64,000 bases of DNA from an uncultured Fidelibacterota bacterium (GCA_902629855.1 CACOSI010000003.1:78721-142720); one strand, 5' to 3'. Shown: positions 49,408-59,764, numbered from the stretch's first letter. Numbers and translations: made by a program. Notes: a model not told the origin generated them from the sequence alone.

Positions 49408-49897
49408 AGATAATAAAAACGGAATTAAAGAAAATAAAAAGCCAAAAAAAGCTAAAAAAGCTACAAAAAAAGATTTAGAGCTTATTATTAAAAGTCTTGA
49501 GGACAAAAACCTTCGCTTACAAGCTGAATTTGATAACTTTAGAAAGAGAAAAGATGTTGAGATTTCTAATTTACTAAAATATGAAGGTAAAAGTTTCATT
49601 TTAGATTTTTTATCCATTCTTGATAATATTAATAGGGGTATTGAATCATATAAAGATGAGGACACTAAGAAAGCTTTATCCATAGTAAAAAATGATTTGT
49701 TGAAAAAATTTAATTCTAGAGAAATCAAAGCTTTTGGAGAAAGTGGTGATGATTTTGATCCTGAGTTACATGAGGCTCTTACAACTACAAATGATAAAAA
49801 AATGGAAGATAATAAGATTGTTGAGGTTTATGAGTCAGGATATATGTACAAAGATATCATTTTAAGACATGCTAAAGTTGTAGTTAATAAAAAATGA
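49400..49897 (+). CDS. grpE: nucleotide exchange factor GrpE
   Basis: RLQAEFDNFRKR, FDPELHEAL, LRHAKVVV. Confidence 0.95.
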   Translation: MNKDNKNGIKENKKPKKAKKATKKDLELIIKSLEDKNLRLQAEFDNFRKRKDVEISNLLKYEGKSFILDFLSILDNINRGIESYKDEDTKKALSIVKNDLLKKFNSREIKAFGESGDDFDPELHEALTTTNDKKMEDNKIVEVYESGYMYKDIILRHAKVVVNKK

Positions 49898-50967
49898 AGG
49901 ACTTTTACGACATATTAGGTGTTCAAAAATCTGCTAATGAAAATGAAATAAAGCGCGCATACAGAAAAATTGCCATGAAATATCATCCGGATAGAAATCC
50001 AGATAATAAAGAGGCAGAAAAAAAATTTAAAGAAGCAGCAGAAGCATACTCAGTTTTAAGCGATTCCTCAAAAAGACAACAATATGATCAATTTGGTCAT
50101 TCAGCTTTTAATGGTATGGGTGGACAATCTGGTTTTAATTCTATGAACATGGATGATATCTTTAGCCAGTTTGGAGATATTTTTGGAGGAAATAATCCTT
50201 TTGAATCCTTTTTTGGTGGAGGAAGATCTTCTTCAAGGCCAAGAGCAGGATCAGATCTAAAAATTAAAATTAAAGTTTCCTACAAAGACATTGTGAATGG
50301 TGGAGAGAAAAAATTAAAAATCAAAAGAATGAAGCTCGCCAATGGAACTACTTTTAAAAATTGCTTAATGTGCGGAGGTTCCGGACAGGTTACAAAAGTA
50401 ACTAATTCATTTTTAGGTCAAATGAGGTCAACATCAATTTGTCCACAATGTAGTGGTTATGGAAAGCAGGTTGAAAATATTCCTCCAGGCGCAGATAGAA
50501 ATGGTATGCTTAAAGCTGAAGAGACAATAAAAATCAAAATTCCTCAAGGCGTTGAAGACGGAAATTATATGACTTTATCACAGCAAGGAAATGAGGATCT
50601 AAATGGTCAAGCAGGAGACCTCTATGTTTTTTTTGAAGAAGAAAGTCATGAATATTTTTCAAGGTATGGAAATGATGTTCTTTTGCAAGTGGTTATTAGT
50701 TATGCGCAGGCAGTCCTAGGAGAAAAAATTGATATACCAACAATTAATGGATCAGCGAAACTTAAAATACCATCAAGTATTCAACCTGGACAAATTCTTA
50801 GAGTTAGAGGAAAAGGGTTTCCATTGATGGGTCAAAAAAATAGAGGTGATCAACTTGTTAAAGTCCAAGTAGATATTCCATCTAAGCTAACAAGTGAAGA
50901 GAAGCAGGCTATTGATACATTATCAAAGATAAAAAAAGAAATAAAATTTCAGAAATTTGAGGATTAA
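49894..50967 (+). CDS. dnaJ: chaperone DnaJ with two CxxCxGxG repeats
   Basis: J-domain HPD, G/F region with DIF motifs, GDLYV, GDQLV. Confidence 0.95.
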   Translation: MKDFYDILGVQKSANENEIKRAYRKIAMKYHPDRNPDNKEAEKKFKEAAEAYSVLSDSSKRQQYDQFGHSAFNGMGGQSGFNSMNMDDIFSQFGDIFGGNNPFESFFGGGRSSSRPRAGSDLKIKIKVSYKDIVNGGEKKLKIKRMKLANGTTFKNCLMCGGSGQVTKVTNSFLGQMRSTSICPQCSGYGKQVENIPPGADRNGMLKAEETIKIKIPQGVEDGNYMTLSQQGNEDLNGQAGDLYVFFEEESHEYFSRYGNDVLLQVVISYAQAVLGEKIDIPTINGSAKLKIPSSIQPGQILRVRGKGFPLMGQKNRGDQLVKVQVDIPSKLTSEEKQAIDTLSKIKKEIKFQKFED

Positions 50968-51013
50968 TATATTGCTATGTTGACGAATTATTGTAAATTC
51001 GATGGAGCCGATC

Positions 51014-51799
51014 ATGGATAAAGTAAAACAAAAATTTTTTAACGATTATTTAGAAGTAATAACTTTTTTCATTCTAATACTTATTCTTCTTGTTATTTAC
51101 ATCCCCAGCTTAGTTTGGGAAGAGGAAGATATGTATAAAGAAGAGAGTAGATTTAGAATGCAAACAGTATACAATGTTGAAAATTTTCATAATATTTTAA
51201 CCGGTTCATATGAACCAGATGGTTCAAAAGCTGTTTCGCTAGTAAACGCAGTAAGAGATTCAGTAATGGCTGATTCAACTTTCTTAGGAGAGCAAATTGT
51301 AAAATTAAATGGTGAAGAATTTATTGTAGATGTACCAAAAGGATTTGATGTTGAGTATGATACAACTTTTGGCTTAAGAAGAGTTTCCAAAGAAACAATC
51401 ATCGATACGACTGTTACGGTTCTGATGATGTCAGAAGAAACAGGTTTAGAGGATACTGTTTATGTTCAAAAAAGAAATTTATTTGATATTCAACAAGACC
51501 CTTTATTTGTTGATGTCATTAATGAATCTACATTTGAGCGTGTTGAAACAATATCCTATTTTGACAGAAGATTTAGGAAAGAAACAAATCCATATAATTT
51601 CGCTTTTCTTCCTGATGAAACTCAGTTTTATTGTCCATTAACTGGGGATCCATATATAATTGAAATTAATGATGAAGGTAATTCAGTAAGAGTTTCAAGC
51701 CCAATTCGTTCATATCGCGATAATAGATACGGTTTCTTTGCTTTAAAAACAAGAAGTCATGGTTATATCATTGATGGAACAAGAAGTTGGGATAATTAA
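51014..51799 (+). CDS. single-TM hypothetical protein with pilin-like N-terminal helix
   Basis: LEVITFFILILILLVIYIP followed by an amphipathic helix ending TGSY; CPLTG. Confidence 0.55.
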   Translation: MDKVKQKFFNDYLEVITFFILILILLVIYIPSLVWEEEDMYKEESRFRMQTVYNVENFHNILTGSYEPDGSKAVSLVNAVRDSVMADSTFLGEQIVKLNGEEFIVDVPKGFDVEYDTTFGLRRVSKETIIDTTVTVLMMSEETGLEDTVYVQKRNLFDIQQDPLFVDVINESTFERVETISYFDRRFRKETNPYNFAFLPDETQFYCPLTGDPYIIEINDEGNSVRVSSPIRSYRDNRYGFFALKTRSHGYIIDGTRSWDN

Positions 51800-51803
51800 T
51801 TGA

Positions 51804-53198
51804 TTGCTTTACTTTTTAATAAATAAAGATTCTTTATCTGTATATCAGAAAATTTCACCAAAAAAATCATTGTCTACTGTTGGTAATGTTAAATTCCATT
51901 CAAAGCTTGATTCTCTGAAAAATAATCCAAAAAAACTTAGTTCGGTAATAGCTAGAGCATTAGATGAAATTAGTGAAAAAATAATTTTTGCTAATAAAAA
52001 AGCAGCAATTGCTATTGATGATAGTTTATTATTTCATTCTCTTACAATTAAATCTAAAAAATTTGATAATATTGATTATCAGATAGAGGAAGAGAACAAA
52101 AATAAATGGTCAGAAAAATGCTCTGAATTCTATTTTGCTTCTGAAAGCAGAAAAGGCTCTAAAAATATTTTTCATAGCGTAAATATTAACCACTTTTTAA
52201 GAGAAAAAATCAAGTTAAACTTTAATAATTTTGGAATAAGAATCGTATACTTTGTGCCAATATCATCAATAATTATTTCAAAAATAAAATCATCACAATA
52301 TGCTGTAAGAAAAAAGGGGAATGTGTATCATATTTTTGGTTTTAATAAAAAATCTTTTAATTATTATGAAGCATGTTTTGCTGGTAAAAGTAAAGGTGTC
52401 AAAACTATTATAAGTCTAGGCGACACTCCAAAGTTCAAGGAAAAAGAATTAATGAAAAATAACCTAAAATTTATTCACTTTAATAAAACAAAAATTTTAG
52501 AGTTTTTTTCAAACATTGTCGAAAAAAAATATATTATTTTGAATTTTGCTTTTTCTTCTGGATTACAAATATTTAATGGAGAGGTTTTAAATAAAAAAAA
52601 TCAAAAAACTTTCAAGAAACCAAAAATTGATTTGAGTTATTTAAAAACACCTGTAGCTGCAATTACATCTTTTTTTGTTCTCATTTTTATACTCAACTCT
52701 TTATCGGACTATAAATTTATGGAGTTTGAAGAAAATGTAAATAACTATGATAAAGAATTTCAGGAAGAAAAACCAATTGAGTTAAGTTTAAGCGATAATG
52801 CTAAAGTTAAATCTTTAACAATTTTGAACAATTTTATGCGACTACTTGAAGAAGAGAATGTTTCAAAAAATGAATCAATTGAAGTTAACGAAAGTACAAT
52901 TGATAATAATTTAAATGATAAAATGATTTTAGATGATTTAACGAATTTCGAAGATATTGAACTTGGGAATTTAATTGGAAATTTTTTTGAAGTTGATAAT
53001 AAGCTCAAGTATAAAATTTTTGATGGTATTTATTTAAATAATCAAGCAAAAAATATTGTTTTTAGATTTGAAGGTTTTTCAAATTTTAAAACTATATCTA
53101 GCCAGCTATCTAAATTGGATAATGCTTATGTTAGAAAAATTACCTTCAATTCTAGTTCTAATCACTTACATATTTATATTTCTTTCGTGGAAAAATGA
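51804..53198 (+). CDS. hypothetical bitopic membrane protein
   Basis: Long ORF, basic N-terminal part, one TM near residue 290, acidic C-terminal part. Confidence 0.55.
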   Translation: MLYFLINKDSLSVYQKISPKKSLSTVGNVKFHSKLDSLKNNPKKLSSVIARALDEISEKIIFANKKAAIAIDDSLLFHSLTIKSKKFDNIDYQIEEENKNKWSEKCSEFYFASESRKGSKNIFHSVNINHFLREKIKLNFNNFGIRIVYFVPISSIIISKIKSSQYAVRKKGNVYHIFGFNKKSFNYYEACFAGKSKGVKTIISLGDTPKFKEKELMKNNLKFIHFNKTKILEFFSNIVEKKYIILNFAFSSGLQIFNGEVLNKKNQKTFKKPKIDLSYLKTPVAAITSFFVLIFILNSLSDYKFMEFEENVNNYDKEFQEEKPIELSLSDNAKVKSLTILNNFMRLLEEENVSKNESIEVNESTIDNNLNDKMILDDLTNFEDIELGNLIGNFFEVDNKLKYKIFDGIYLNNQAKNIVFRFEGFSNFKTISSQLSKLDNAYVRKITFNSSSNHLHIYISFVEK

Positions 53199-53701
53199 AA
53201 ATTTTATCAGGAAAGTTTAAAAATTTTAAAGTAGATATAAGAAAAAATTCATCTTTAAGACCAACAACTTCGATTTGTAGAAAGAGTTTTTTCGATTCAA
53301 TCGGAAGCATAGATGGGCTTAATTTTCTTGATCTTTTTTCAGGATCAGGTGTAAATGGTTTTGAAGCAGCTAGCAGAGGTGCAAAAAAAGTAACTTTTGT
53401 TGAAATTGATGGAAACCATCTCAATTCTATTATTAAAAACGCTAAAAATTTTCCTTATGAAGAGTTTAGTTTTTTTAAAAGAGATGCAAATAGATTTATA
53501 AAGAAAAGCGATAAATATGATATAATTTTTGCTGATCCACCTTATGGACATATAAATATTAAAGAATTTGCGGACGACGCCTTAGAAAAAATTAATCCAA
53601 ACGGCATTTTAGTAGTGGAATGCTCTGAAAAGGAATCCGTTGAAGGATGCGATAAAATTACTAAATTTGGAGATACAAAATTGTTATATTGGAAAAAATG
53701 A
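53195..53701 (+). CDS. rsmD: 16S rRNA m2G966 methyltransferase
   Basis: LRPT, LDLFSGSG, EAASRGA, FADPPY; upstream of coaD. Confidence 0.9.
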   Translation: MKILSGKFKNFKVDIRKNSSLRPTTSICRKSFFDSIGSIDGLNFLDLFSGSGVNGFEAASRGAKKVTFVEIDGNHLNSIIKNAKNFPYEEFSFFKRDANRFIKKSDKYDIIFADPPYGHINIKEFADDALEKINPNGILVVECSEKESVEGCDKITKFGDTKLLYWKK

Positions 53702-54183
53702 AAAGAATAATCTATCCAGGAACTTTTGATCCTATCCACTATGGTCATATTGATATTGCTAGAAGAGCCTCTAAGCTATTTGATGAAGTTTATATGTGCG
53801 TTTCTGACAATCTTCATAAAAATCCATTATTTTCTCATGAAGAAAGAGTCGAAATGATATCAGAGTGTACAAGTGATTTAAAAAACGTTTTCGCGTTTTC
53901 AAATCCTAATAATTTGGTGGTAAAATTTGCAGAAGAAAAAGAAGCAGTTGCTATCATAAGAGGGCTTAGACATGTCAGTGATTTTGAACTTGAATTTCAA
54001 ATGGCTAATGTAAACCATGGTATAAGCGATAAAATTTCAACAATTTTAATGGTTTCAAATGAAAGATTTCTTCACTTAAATTCCACCATAATTAGAGAAT
54101 TAGCAGAATACAAAACGGATTTAAAAAAGTTTGTTCCAGAAAACGTTGAAAAAAGACTGCTTGAAAAGGTAAAGGGTAGATAA
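53698..54183 (+). CDS. coaD: phosphopantetheine adenylyltransferase
   Basis: [26 protein letters not shown]. Confidence 0.95.
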   Translation: MKRIIYPGTFDPIHYGHIDIARRASKLFDEVYMCVSDNLHKNPLFSHEERVEMISECTSDLKNVFAFSNPNNLVVKFAEEKEAVAIIRGLRHVSDFELEFQMANVNHGISDKISTILMVSNERFLHLNSTIIRELAEYKTDLKKFVPENVEKRLLEKVKGR

Positions 54184-55445
54184 TGGCTGAAAAAATTAAA
54201 ATAAAAGATGGGAAGCTGATTGTTTCCGACAACCCTATAATTCCTTTTATTGAAGGTGATGGAATTGGACCAGATATTTGGGCTGCATCAAAAAGAGTTA
54301 TTGACGCTGCTGTCGAACATACATATCATGGTGCAAGAAAAATTGAATGGTTAGAGGTTTTATGTGGAGAAAAATCCTTTAAAGAGTCAGGTGAATGGTT
54401 GCCTGAGCAGACTTTAGACACACTAAGAACCCATCTTGTTGGTCTTAAAGGTCCATTAACCACTCCAATTGGAGGTGGAATTCGTTCATTAAATGTTGCG
54501 CTAAGAAAAGAGTTGGATTTATATGCATGCGTTAGACCAGTTAGATGGTTTAGAGGAACTCCAGCTGCTATTTTGAACCCTCATCGAGTTGATTTTGTTT
54601 TATTTAGAGAAAATACAGAAGATGTTTATGCTGGAATTGAGTTTGAAAATGGTACCGAAGAAGCAAAAAAAATTATTGATTTAATGGAAGATTTTGATCA
54701 AGCAAAAAAAATTAGATTTCCAGAAACTAGTTCGTTCGGATTAAAACCTATCTCTAAGGAAGGTTCTATTAGATTATTTGACGCCGCATTAAACTATGCT
54801 ATAGATAATAATAGAAGATCTGTAACTATCGTACATAAAGGTAATATTATGAAGTTCACGGAGGGATACTTTAAAAAATGGACTTATGCTCATGCTGAAG
54901 AACATTACGGAGATAAAGTATTTACTTGGGCTCAGTATGACAGAATCCAAGATGAGAAAGGGACCGATGCAGCTAATACAGCTCAGAAAAAAGCTATTCT
55001 AGATGGTAAGATAATAATTAAAGATGTTATTGCAGATGCGTTTCTTCAACAAATTCTTCTAAGACCAAACGAATATGACGTAATAGCTACAATGAATTTA
55101 AACGGTGATTATCTATCAGACTCAGCAGCAGCTGCAGTTGGAGGAATTGGAATTGCACCTGGAGCCAATATTAATTATAAAACAGGGCATGCAATCTTTG
55201 AAGCAACTCATGGAACTGCGCCTAAATACGCTGGTCTTGATAAGGTAAATCCATCATCAGTCATATTGTCAGCTGTAATGATGCTAAACTACATCGGATG
55301 GAAAGAAGCGGCTGGTTCAATTGAATATGCGTTAGAAAAGGCAATTTTCAACAAAAAAGTTACTTATGATTTTCATAGATTGATGGAAAATGCAACATTG
55401 CTGAAATGTTCTGAATTTGGCGATGAAATCATCAGTAAATTTTAA
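54183..55445 (+). CDS. icd: isocitrate dehydrogenase (E. coli-type, likely NADP)
   Basis: [40 protein letters not shown]. Confidence 0.96.
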   Translation: MAEKIKIKDGKLIVSDNPIIPFIEGDGIGPDIWAASKRVIDAAVEHTYHGARKIEWLEVLCGEKSFKESGEWLPEQTLDTLRTHLVGLKGPLTTPIGGGIRSLNVALRKELDLYACVRPVRWFRGTPAAILNPHRVDFVLFRENTEDVYAGIEFENGTEEAKKIIDLMEDFDQAKKIRFPETSSFGLKPISKEGSIRLFDAALNYAIDNNRRSVTIVHKGNIMKFTEGYFKKWTYAHAEEHYGDKVFTWAQYDRIQDEKGTDAANTAQKKAILDGKIIIKDVIADAFLQQILLRPNEYDVIATMNLNGDYLSDSAAAAVGGIGIAPGANINYKTGHAIFEATHGTAPKYAGLDKVNPSSVILSAVMMLNYIGWKEAAGSIEYALEKAIFNKKVTYDFHRLMENATLLKCSEFGDEIISKF

Positions 55446-55456
55446 TTTCTAAAACC

Positions 55457-56428
55457 ATGTTTATCGACTATGCAAAGATCGAGTTGCAAGCTGGCAACGG
55501 AGGAAAAGGTGCTGTTGCTTTTCATAGAGAAAAATATATCGATAAAGGTGGTCCAAGTGGTGGAGACGGAGGTAGAGGTGGAAATATAGTTTTTTCTACT
55601 AATCCAAACTTACATACCTTACAGGATATTAGATATAGAAGACTTTATAAAGCTAAAAGTGGTCAAGCTGGTGGTTCAAACAAAAAAACTGGTAAGTCTG
55701 GAGAAGACTTAATAATTGAAGTTCCTTGCGGGACTGTTATTAAGGATTTTGAAAACAATACCATTATTAAAGATTTGATTAAAGAAAATCATTCACATAT
55801 AGTTTGCGAAGGTGGAATTGGTGGAAAAGGTAATTATCATTTCAAGTCATCTACGCAACAAACACCCCGATTTTCACAGGAAGGTGAAAAAGGAAAAAGG
55901 CTTATCGTTGAACTGGAATTAAAGGTTTTGGCTGATGTAGGTTTAGTTGGTTTGCCTAATGCAGGAAAATCAACCTTATTGTCCGTTATGACTACAGCAA
56001 AGCCAAAGATAGCTGACTATCCGTTTACAACATTACAGCCTCATTTAGGTATTGTTAAATATGGAGATTATCAGTCATTTGTTATGGCTGATATTCCTGG
56101 TTTAATTGAAGGAGCAAGTGAAGGTAAAGGTCTAGGTCACCAATTTCTAAGACACATAGAGAGAAATAAAATCTTATTATTTTTAATTGATTGTAATGAA
56201 GGAAATCCTCAAAAAACATATGATCAGCTCATTGATGAATTAGGAAATTTCAATAAAAGTTTATTAGACAAAAAAAGACTAATAATTAGAACTAAAATTG
56301 ATACAAATTGCAATGAGATTGAAGAAAATTGGGGTAATTTTGCCGAAGAGTACATTGATATATCTTCAATCAGCAAGGATGGTCTCAATATTTTGAAAGA
56401 TAAATTGGTATCTTTTCTTTCGGCTTAA
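55457..56428 (+). CDS. obgE: GTPase ObgE
   Basis: Gly-rich Obg domain, GLPNAGKS, DYPFTT, DIPG. Confidence 0.97.
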   Translation: MFIDYAKIELQAGNGGKGAVAFHREKYIDKGGPSGGDGGRGGNIVFSTNPNLHTLQDIRYRRLYKAKSGQAGGSNKKTGKSGEDLIIEVPCGTVIKDFENNTIIKDLIKENHSHIVCEGGIGGKGNYHFKSSTQQTPRFSQEGEKGKRLIVELELKVLADVGLVGLPNAGKSTLLSVMTTAKPKIADYPFTTLQPHLGIVKYGDYQSFVMADIPGLIEGASEGKGLGHQFLRHIERNKILLFLIDCNEGNPQKTYDQLIDELGNFNKSLLDKKRLIIRTKIDTNCNEIEENWGNFAEEYIDISSISKDGLNILKDKLVSFLSA

Positions 56429-56458
56429 TTGTTTTGCTGATGTAAATTACATATGCTT

Positions 56459-56545
56459 GGAGAGGTGGCTGAGTGGCTGAAAGCGGCACCCTGCTAAGGT
56501 GTTATACTCGTAAGGGTATCGAGGGTTCGAATCCCTCTCTCTCCG
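56459..56545 (+). tRNA. tRNA-Ser(GCT)
   Basis: GGAGAGG/TCTCTCC acceptor, GCACC-CTGCTAA-GGTGT anticodon arm, long variable arm; CCA not encoded. Confidence 0.97.
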
Positions 56546-56558
56546 CAAAGGTATTAAA

Positions 56559-56642
56559 ATGATTGATAAAGTGTTCAATATTATCGCAATTGGCTTTGTT
56601 GTATTTTTTTTAGTATTTATTTTTCACATAATATTTCAATAA
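56559..56642 (+). CDS. putative 27-aa single-TM small protein
   Basis: MIDKVFNIIAIGFVVFFLVFIFHIIFQ; AAGG upstream; fills the gap between tRNA-Ser and the next gene. Confidence 0.5.
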   Translation: MIDKVFNIIAIGFVVFFLVFIFHIIFQ

Positions 56643-56649
56643 GATAAGA

Positions 56650-57225
56650 ATGAAAAATTTAGTAATAGTTGGCCATCCAGATAAAAACTCATTTTGTTAT
56701 AACGGTATTTTTAAGACAATAATATCCGAGCTTCAAAAAAGTGAAAAACAGCAAATTGAAATTATTGATCTTTATCATGAAGATGAGAGTATTCCAAGAA
56801 AAGACCTCATTAAAAAGTATCAAGATTTAGTTACTTGGTCTGACAGATTATACTTTGTTTCTCCAGTGTGGTGGTTCAGACTTACACCAAAAACTGAAAA
56901 TTTTTTCGATGAAGTATTTACTCCAGAATTTGCTTTTAAATTTATTAACATTACAAAAATTTATGCTATTCCTAAACCTTATCTTAAAAATAAGCAAGTT
57001 AGGACATATATTACTCATGGAGCACCAGCTTTACCTGTAATAACTCTTTACCTAAACTCAGTAAAATTAAGACTTGTTATGGGCGTTTTCTCATTTGTAT
57101 TTGGTTGGAAGTTATCTCTATGGACAAAAACTAAGCAATTTTGGTCAGTTCCTGCTGTAAGTGATAAAAAAAGAAAAAAATACCTACGTACCGTAGCTAG
57201 AGATATCAGAAAAGATGTTCGTTAA
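56650..57225 (+). CDS. flavodoxin-fold NAD(P)H-dependent (quinone) oxidoreductase
   Basis: GHPDKNSF, IDLY, SPVWW, FFDEVF, THGAP. Confidence 0.85.
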   Translation: MKNLVIVGHPDKNSFCYNGIFKTIISELQKSEKQQIEIIDLYHEDESIPRKDLIKKYQDLVTWSDRLYFVSPVWWFRLTPKTENFFDEVFTPEFAFKFINITKIYAIPKPYLKNKQVRTYITHGAPALPVITLYLNSVKLRLVMGVFSFVFGWKLSLWTKTKQFWSVPAVSDKKRKKYLRTVARDIRKDVR

Positions 57226-57238
57226 AAAATTTTAAATT

Positions 57239-57628
57239 ATGTTAGAAAGTATTAACATTCTCTTATCAGGAATTATTGTTGGAATGATAGTTTTTCAATC
57301 AGCCATAATCGCTCCAACAATTTTTACAACTCTTGATGAACAAAACGCTGGAAAGATAATAAGAAATATTTTTCCAAAACTTTTCAAGTTTATTGCTTTT
57401 TTAGGTTTATATATGTTGACCACTCTTATTTTTATCAGTAGTTCTTATAATGAGCAAATTGTTTATGCTTTTACTTTTATTTTTATGACAATTAATTTCT
57501 TAATAATTCCCGCAACAAATAAGAGTAGAGATGAAGGTGATGATAAAAAATTTAAATTTTTACATACAGTGAGCGTTGTTACTACAATGTTAGTGCTAAT
57601 TGCACATTCTTACTTAATTATTTTTTAG
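57239..57628 (+). CDS. DUF4149-like membrane protein
   Basis: IAPTIF, R.IFP, P..N...D......F...H..SV. Confidence 0.7.
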   Translation: MLESINILLSGIIVGMIVFQSAIIAPTIFTTLDEQNAGKIIRNIFPKLFKFIAFLGLYMLTTLIFISSSYNEQIVYAFTFIFMTINFLIIPATNKSRDEGDDKKFKFLHTVSVVTTMLVLIAHSYLIIF

Positions 57629-57636
57629 GAGACAAA

Positions 57637-58188
57637 ATGGCTTTAACATATTCATCAATGCTTCCACTTGGCACAAAAATTCCATCTTTTTCATTAGAAA
57701 ATACTCTAGACGATTCAACATATGATTCAAATATGCTTTCAAATGGAAAAAATTCAGTTATTATGCTGATATGTAATCATTGCCCATATGTTATCCACTA
57801 TCACAATGAGATAGTGAGATTATGGAGGGATTTTGGTACTCAAATCAATTTTATAGCCATCAGCTCAAATGATATTGAAAATTATCCACAAGACAGACCT
57901 GAAAAAATGAAAAAATTATTCAACGATTTAAATATTAATTTTCCATATCTTTTTGATGCAGAACAAAGTGTTGCAAAAAGTTTGATGGCAGAATGTACAC
58001 CCGAATTTTATTTATTTAACAAATCAAGTTCATTGATTTACAGAGGAAGGCTTGATAATTCATCTCCAGGAAAAAACATAAAAATTACAGGTGAAGATTT
58101 ACGAAAAGCCATTGAAGCAGCTTTAAATAATGAAGATTTGATTATCGATCAAAAACCTTCAATGGGCTGTAATATTAAATGGAAATAG
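57637..58188 (+). CDS. thioredoxin-fold AhpC/TSA-like protein
   Basis: CNHCPYV, SSND, CTPEF, YRGRLD, SMGCNIKWK. Confidence 0.88.
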   Translation: MALTYSSMLPLGTKIPSFSLENTLDDSTYDSNMLSNGKNSVIMLICNHCPYVIHYHNEIVRLWRDFGTQINFIAISSNDIENYPQDRPEKMKKLFNDLNINFPYLFDAEQSVAKSLMAECTPEFYLFNKSSSLIYRGRLDNSSPGKNIKITGEDLRKAIEAALNNEDLIIDQKPSMGCNIKWK

Positions 58189-58305
58189 CTACTTTCTGAA
58201 CTTATCTATAATATTTCTTATTAAATCTCTTATTATAATCAATATGATGGACAATATAAAAAAAGCCATCAATGCAATTAGTACTATTTCAATATATTGT
58301 GTCAT
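58189..58305 (-). CDS. putative 38-aa single-TM small protein
   Basis: MTQYIEIVLIALMAFFILSIILIIIRDLIRNIIDKFRK; ATGA overlap with the amidase stop; fills the gap exactly. Confidence 0.6.
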   Translation of the reverse strand: MTQYIEIVLIALMAFFILSIILIIIRDLIRNIIDKFRK

Positions 58306-59705
58306 TTTAGGTTTGGTTTAGGTTGAAAGTTTATAATTTTTTCAGCTGCGTATGCTAGCTCGATGAGTTTTTTATCATCCCATTTCGATCCAATGAATGA
58401 CATTCCAATTGGTAGGTTGTCAATGTAATCAAAAGGGATTGTAATATGTGGATATCCAGCCATTGCTGCATAACTACCATTTACCCAAAATTTATAATTT
58501 GCTATAGCTTCATCATCACCACCATTATGATTTATTGCCCAAGCAGGACTCCAAGATAATCCAACTAATGCATCAATATCATAATTCATAATAAACTCAT
58601 CAATTTCATTTCTAGTTTTCAAAACACGCTTGAGAGCAATCTTATATTCTTCTTCTTGTGAGTCAGTTAAGTTGCTGTCGTAAAAGTGACTTTGATCAAA
58701 ATGTTTTAGAACATCTTCACTATTTTTTTCATTGAATTCGATTAAGCCCTCTAAGGTTTTTATTTCAGAATTAGATGTAGCAAGATAATCTTCCAAACCA
58801 ACTTTGAATTCATATAATAAAACCAACAATTCTTCAGGACCTGGATATTCTCTATTATCTTCAATTTCTACAACTGTAGCACCAGCATTTTGAAGCATTT
58901 CTTTTATGTTTTCAAGCATTAAATTTCCATCTTCATCTTGGCTGCCTGTGGGAAGAAGTCCGAGTTTCTTACCATTTAAAGTTGAACTTTGAAGATTAGA
59001 TGTAAAATCGAAGTCAAAATTTTCCGGTATTAGGGTAGTTGCTTTATCATTAGGATCTTTTCCTGCAATAATTTCTAGAACGCTAGCTGCCATAATAACT
59101 GAATTTGCCATTGGTCCAGCAGTGTCTTGCGTTGATGATATTGGAATAATTCCAGATCTACTAACAAGTCCAACTGTTGGCTTAATTCCAACAATACCAT
59201 TTACAGAAGAAGGGCAGCTTACTGATCCATTTGTTTCTGTACCAATTGAAACGTCAACTAATCCAGTAGCTACAACAACACCTGAACCAGAACTTGATCC
59301 ACATGGAGTACGCATTTCTCCATAAGGATTTATTGTTTGACCGCCCATGCTTGACCATCCGCTAGTTGAAGATGATGAGCGGAAGTTTGCCCATTCTGAT
59401 AAATTTGTTTTTCCAATTACGAAATAACCATTATTAATTAATTTCTCAACAAGAAAAGCATTTTTATCAGGGTAATTATTTTTCATTGCTAAGGATCCAG
59501 CTGTATTTGCAAATCCTTTTACGTCAATATTATCTTTTATAGCAATAGGTTTTAAACCCATTTTTAGGTTCTTCTCAATTTGCTCATTTGAGAGCTTACT
59601 TATATAAATATTATATTTTTTCTCAAGAGTTAAAGATGCATCTTCAGAAGATTGATAACATCCAGATATAAAAAGTAAAGCTAAAATTATATAGGTTTTT
59701 TTCAT
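58302..59705 (-). CDS. amidase signature family lipoprotein
   Basis: IKDNI, GKTNLSEWAN, GSSSGS, GTETNGSV; lipobox ISGC; GAGGA RBS before ATG 59705. Confidence 0.9.
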   Translation of the reverse strand: MKKTYIILALLFISGCYQSSEDASLTLEKKYNIYISKLSNEQIEKNLKMGLKPIAIKDNIDVKGFANTAGSLAMKNNYPDKNAFLVEKLINNGYFVIGKTNLSEWANFRSSSSTSGWSSMGGQTINPYGEMRTPCGSSSGSGVVVATGLVDVSIGTETNGSVSCPSSVNGIVGIKPTVGLVSRSGIIPISSTQDTAGPMANSVIMAASVLEIIAGKDPNDKATTLIPENFDFDFTSNLQSSTLNGKKLGLLPTGSQDEDGNLMLENIKEMLQNAGATVVEIEDNREYPGPEELLVLLYEFKVGLEDYLATSNSEIKTLEGLIEFNEKNSEDVLKHFDQSHFYDSNLTDSQEEEYKIALKRVLKTRNEIDEFIMNYDIDALVGLSWSPAWAINHNGGDDEAIANYKFWVNGSYAAMAGYPHITIPFDYIDNLPIGMSFIGSKWDDKKLIELAYAAEKIINFQPKPNLK

Positions 59706-59720
59706 TTTTTTCCTCATTTT

Positions 59721-59764
59721 TGTAAAGTATACTTGACATTAACTTATGTAAAGCTTACTTTACA
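59721..59764 (+). promoter_or_regulatory. twin palindromic operators overlapping a sigma70 promoter
   Basis: TGTAAAGTATACTTGACA (59721-59738) and TGTAAAGCTTACTTTACA (59747-59764); TTGACA-17 nt-TACTTT embedded. Confidence 0.82.
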
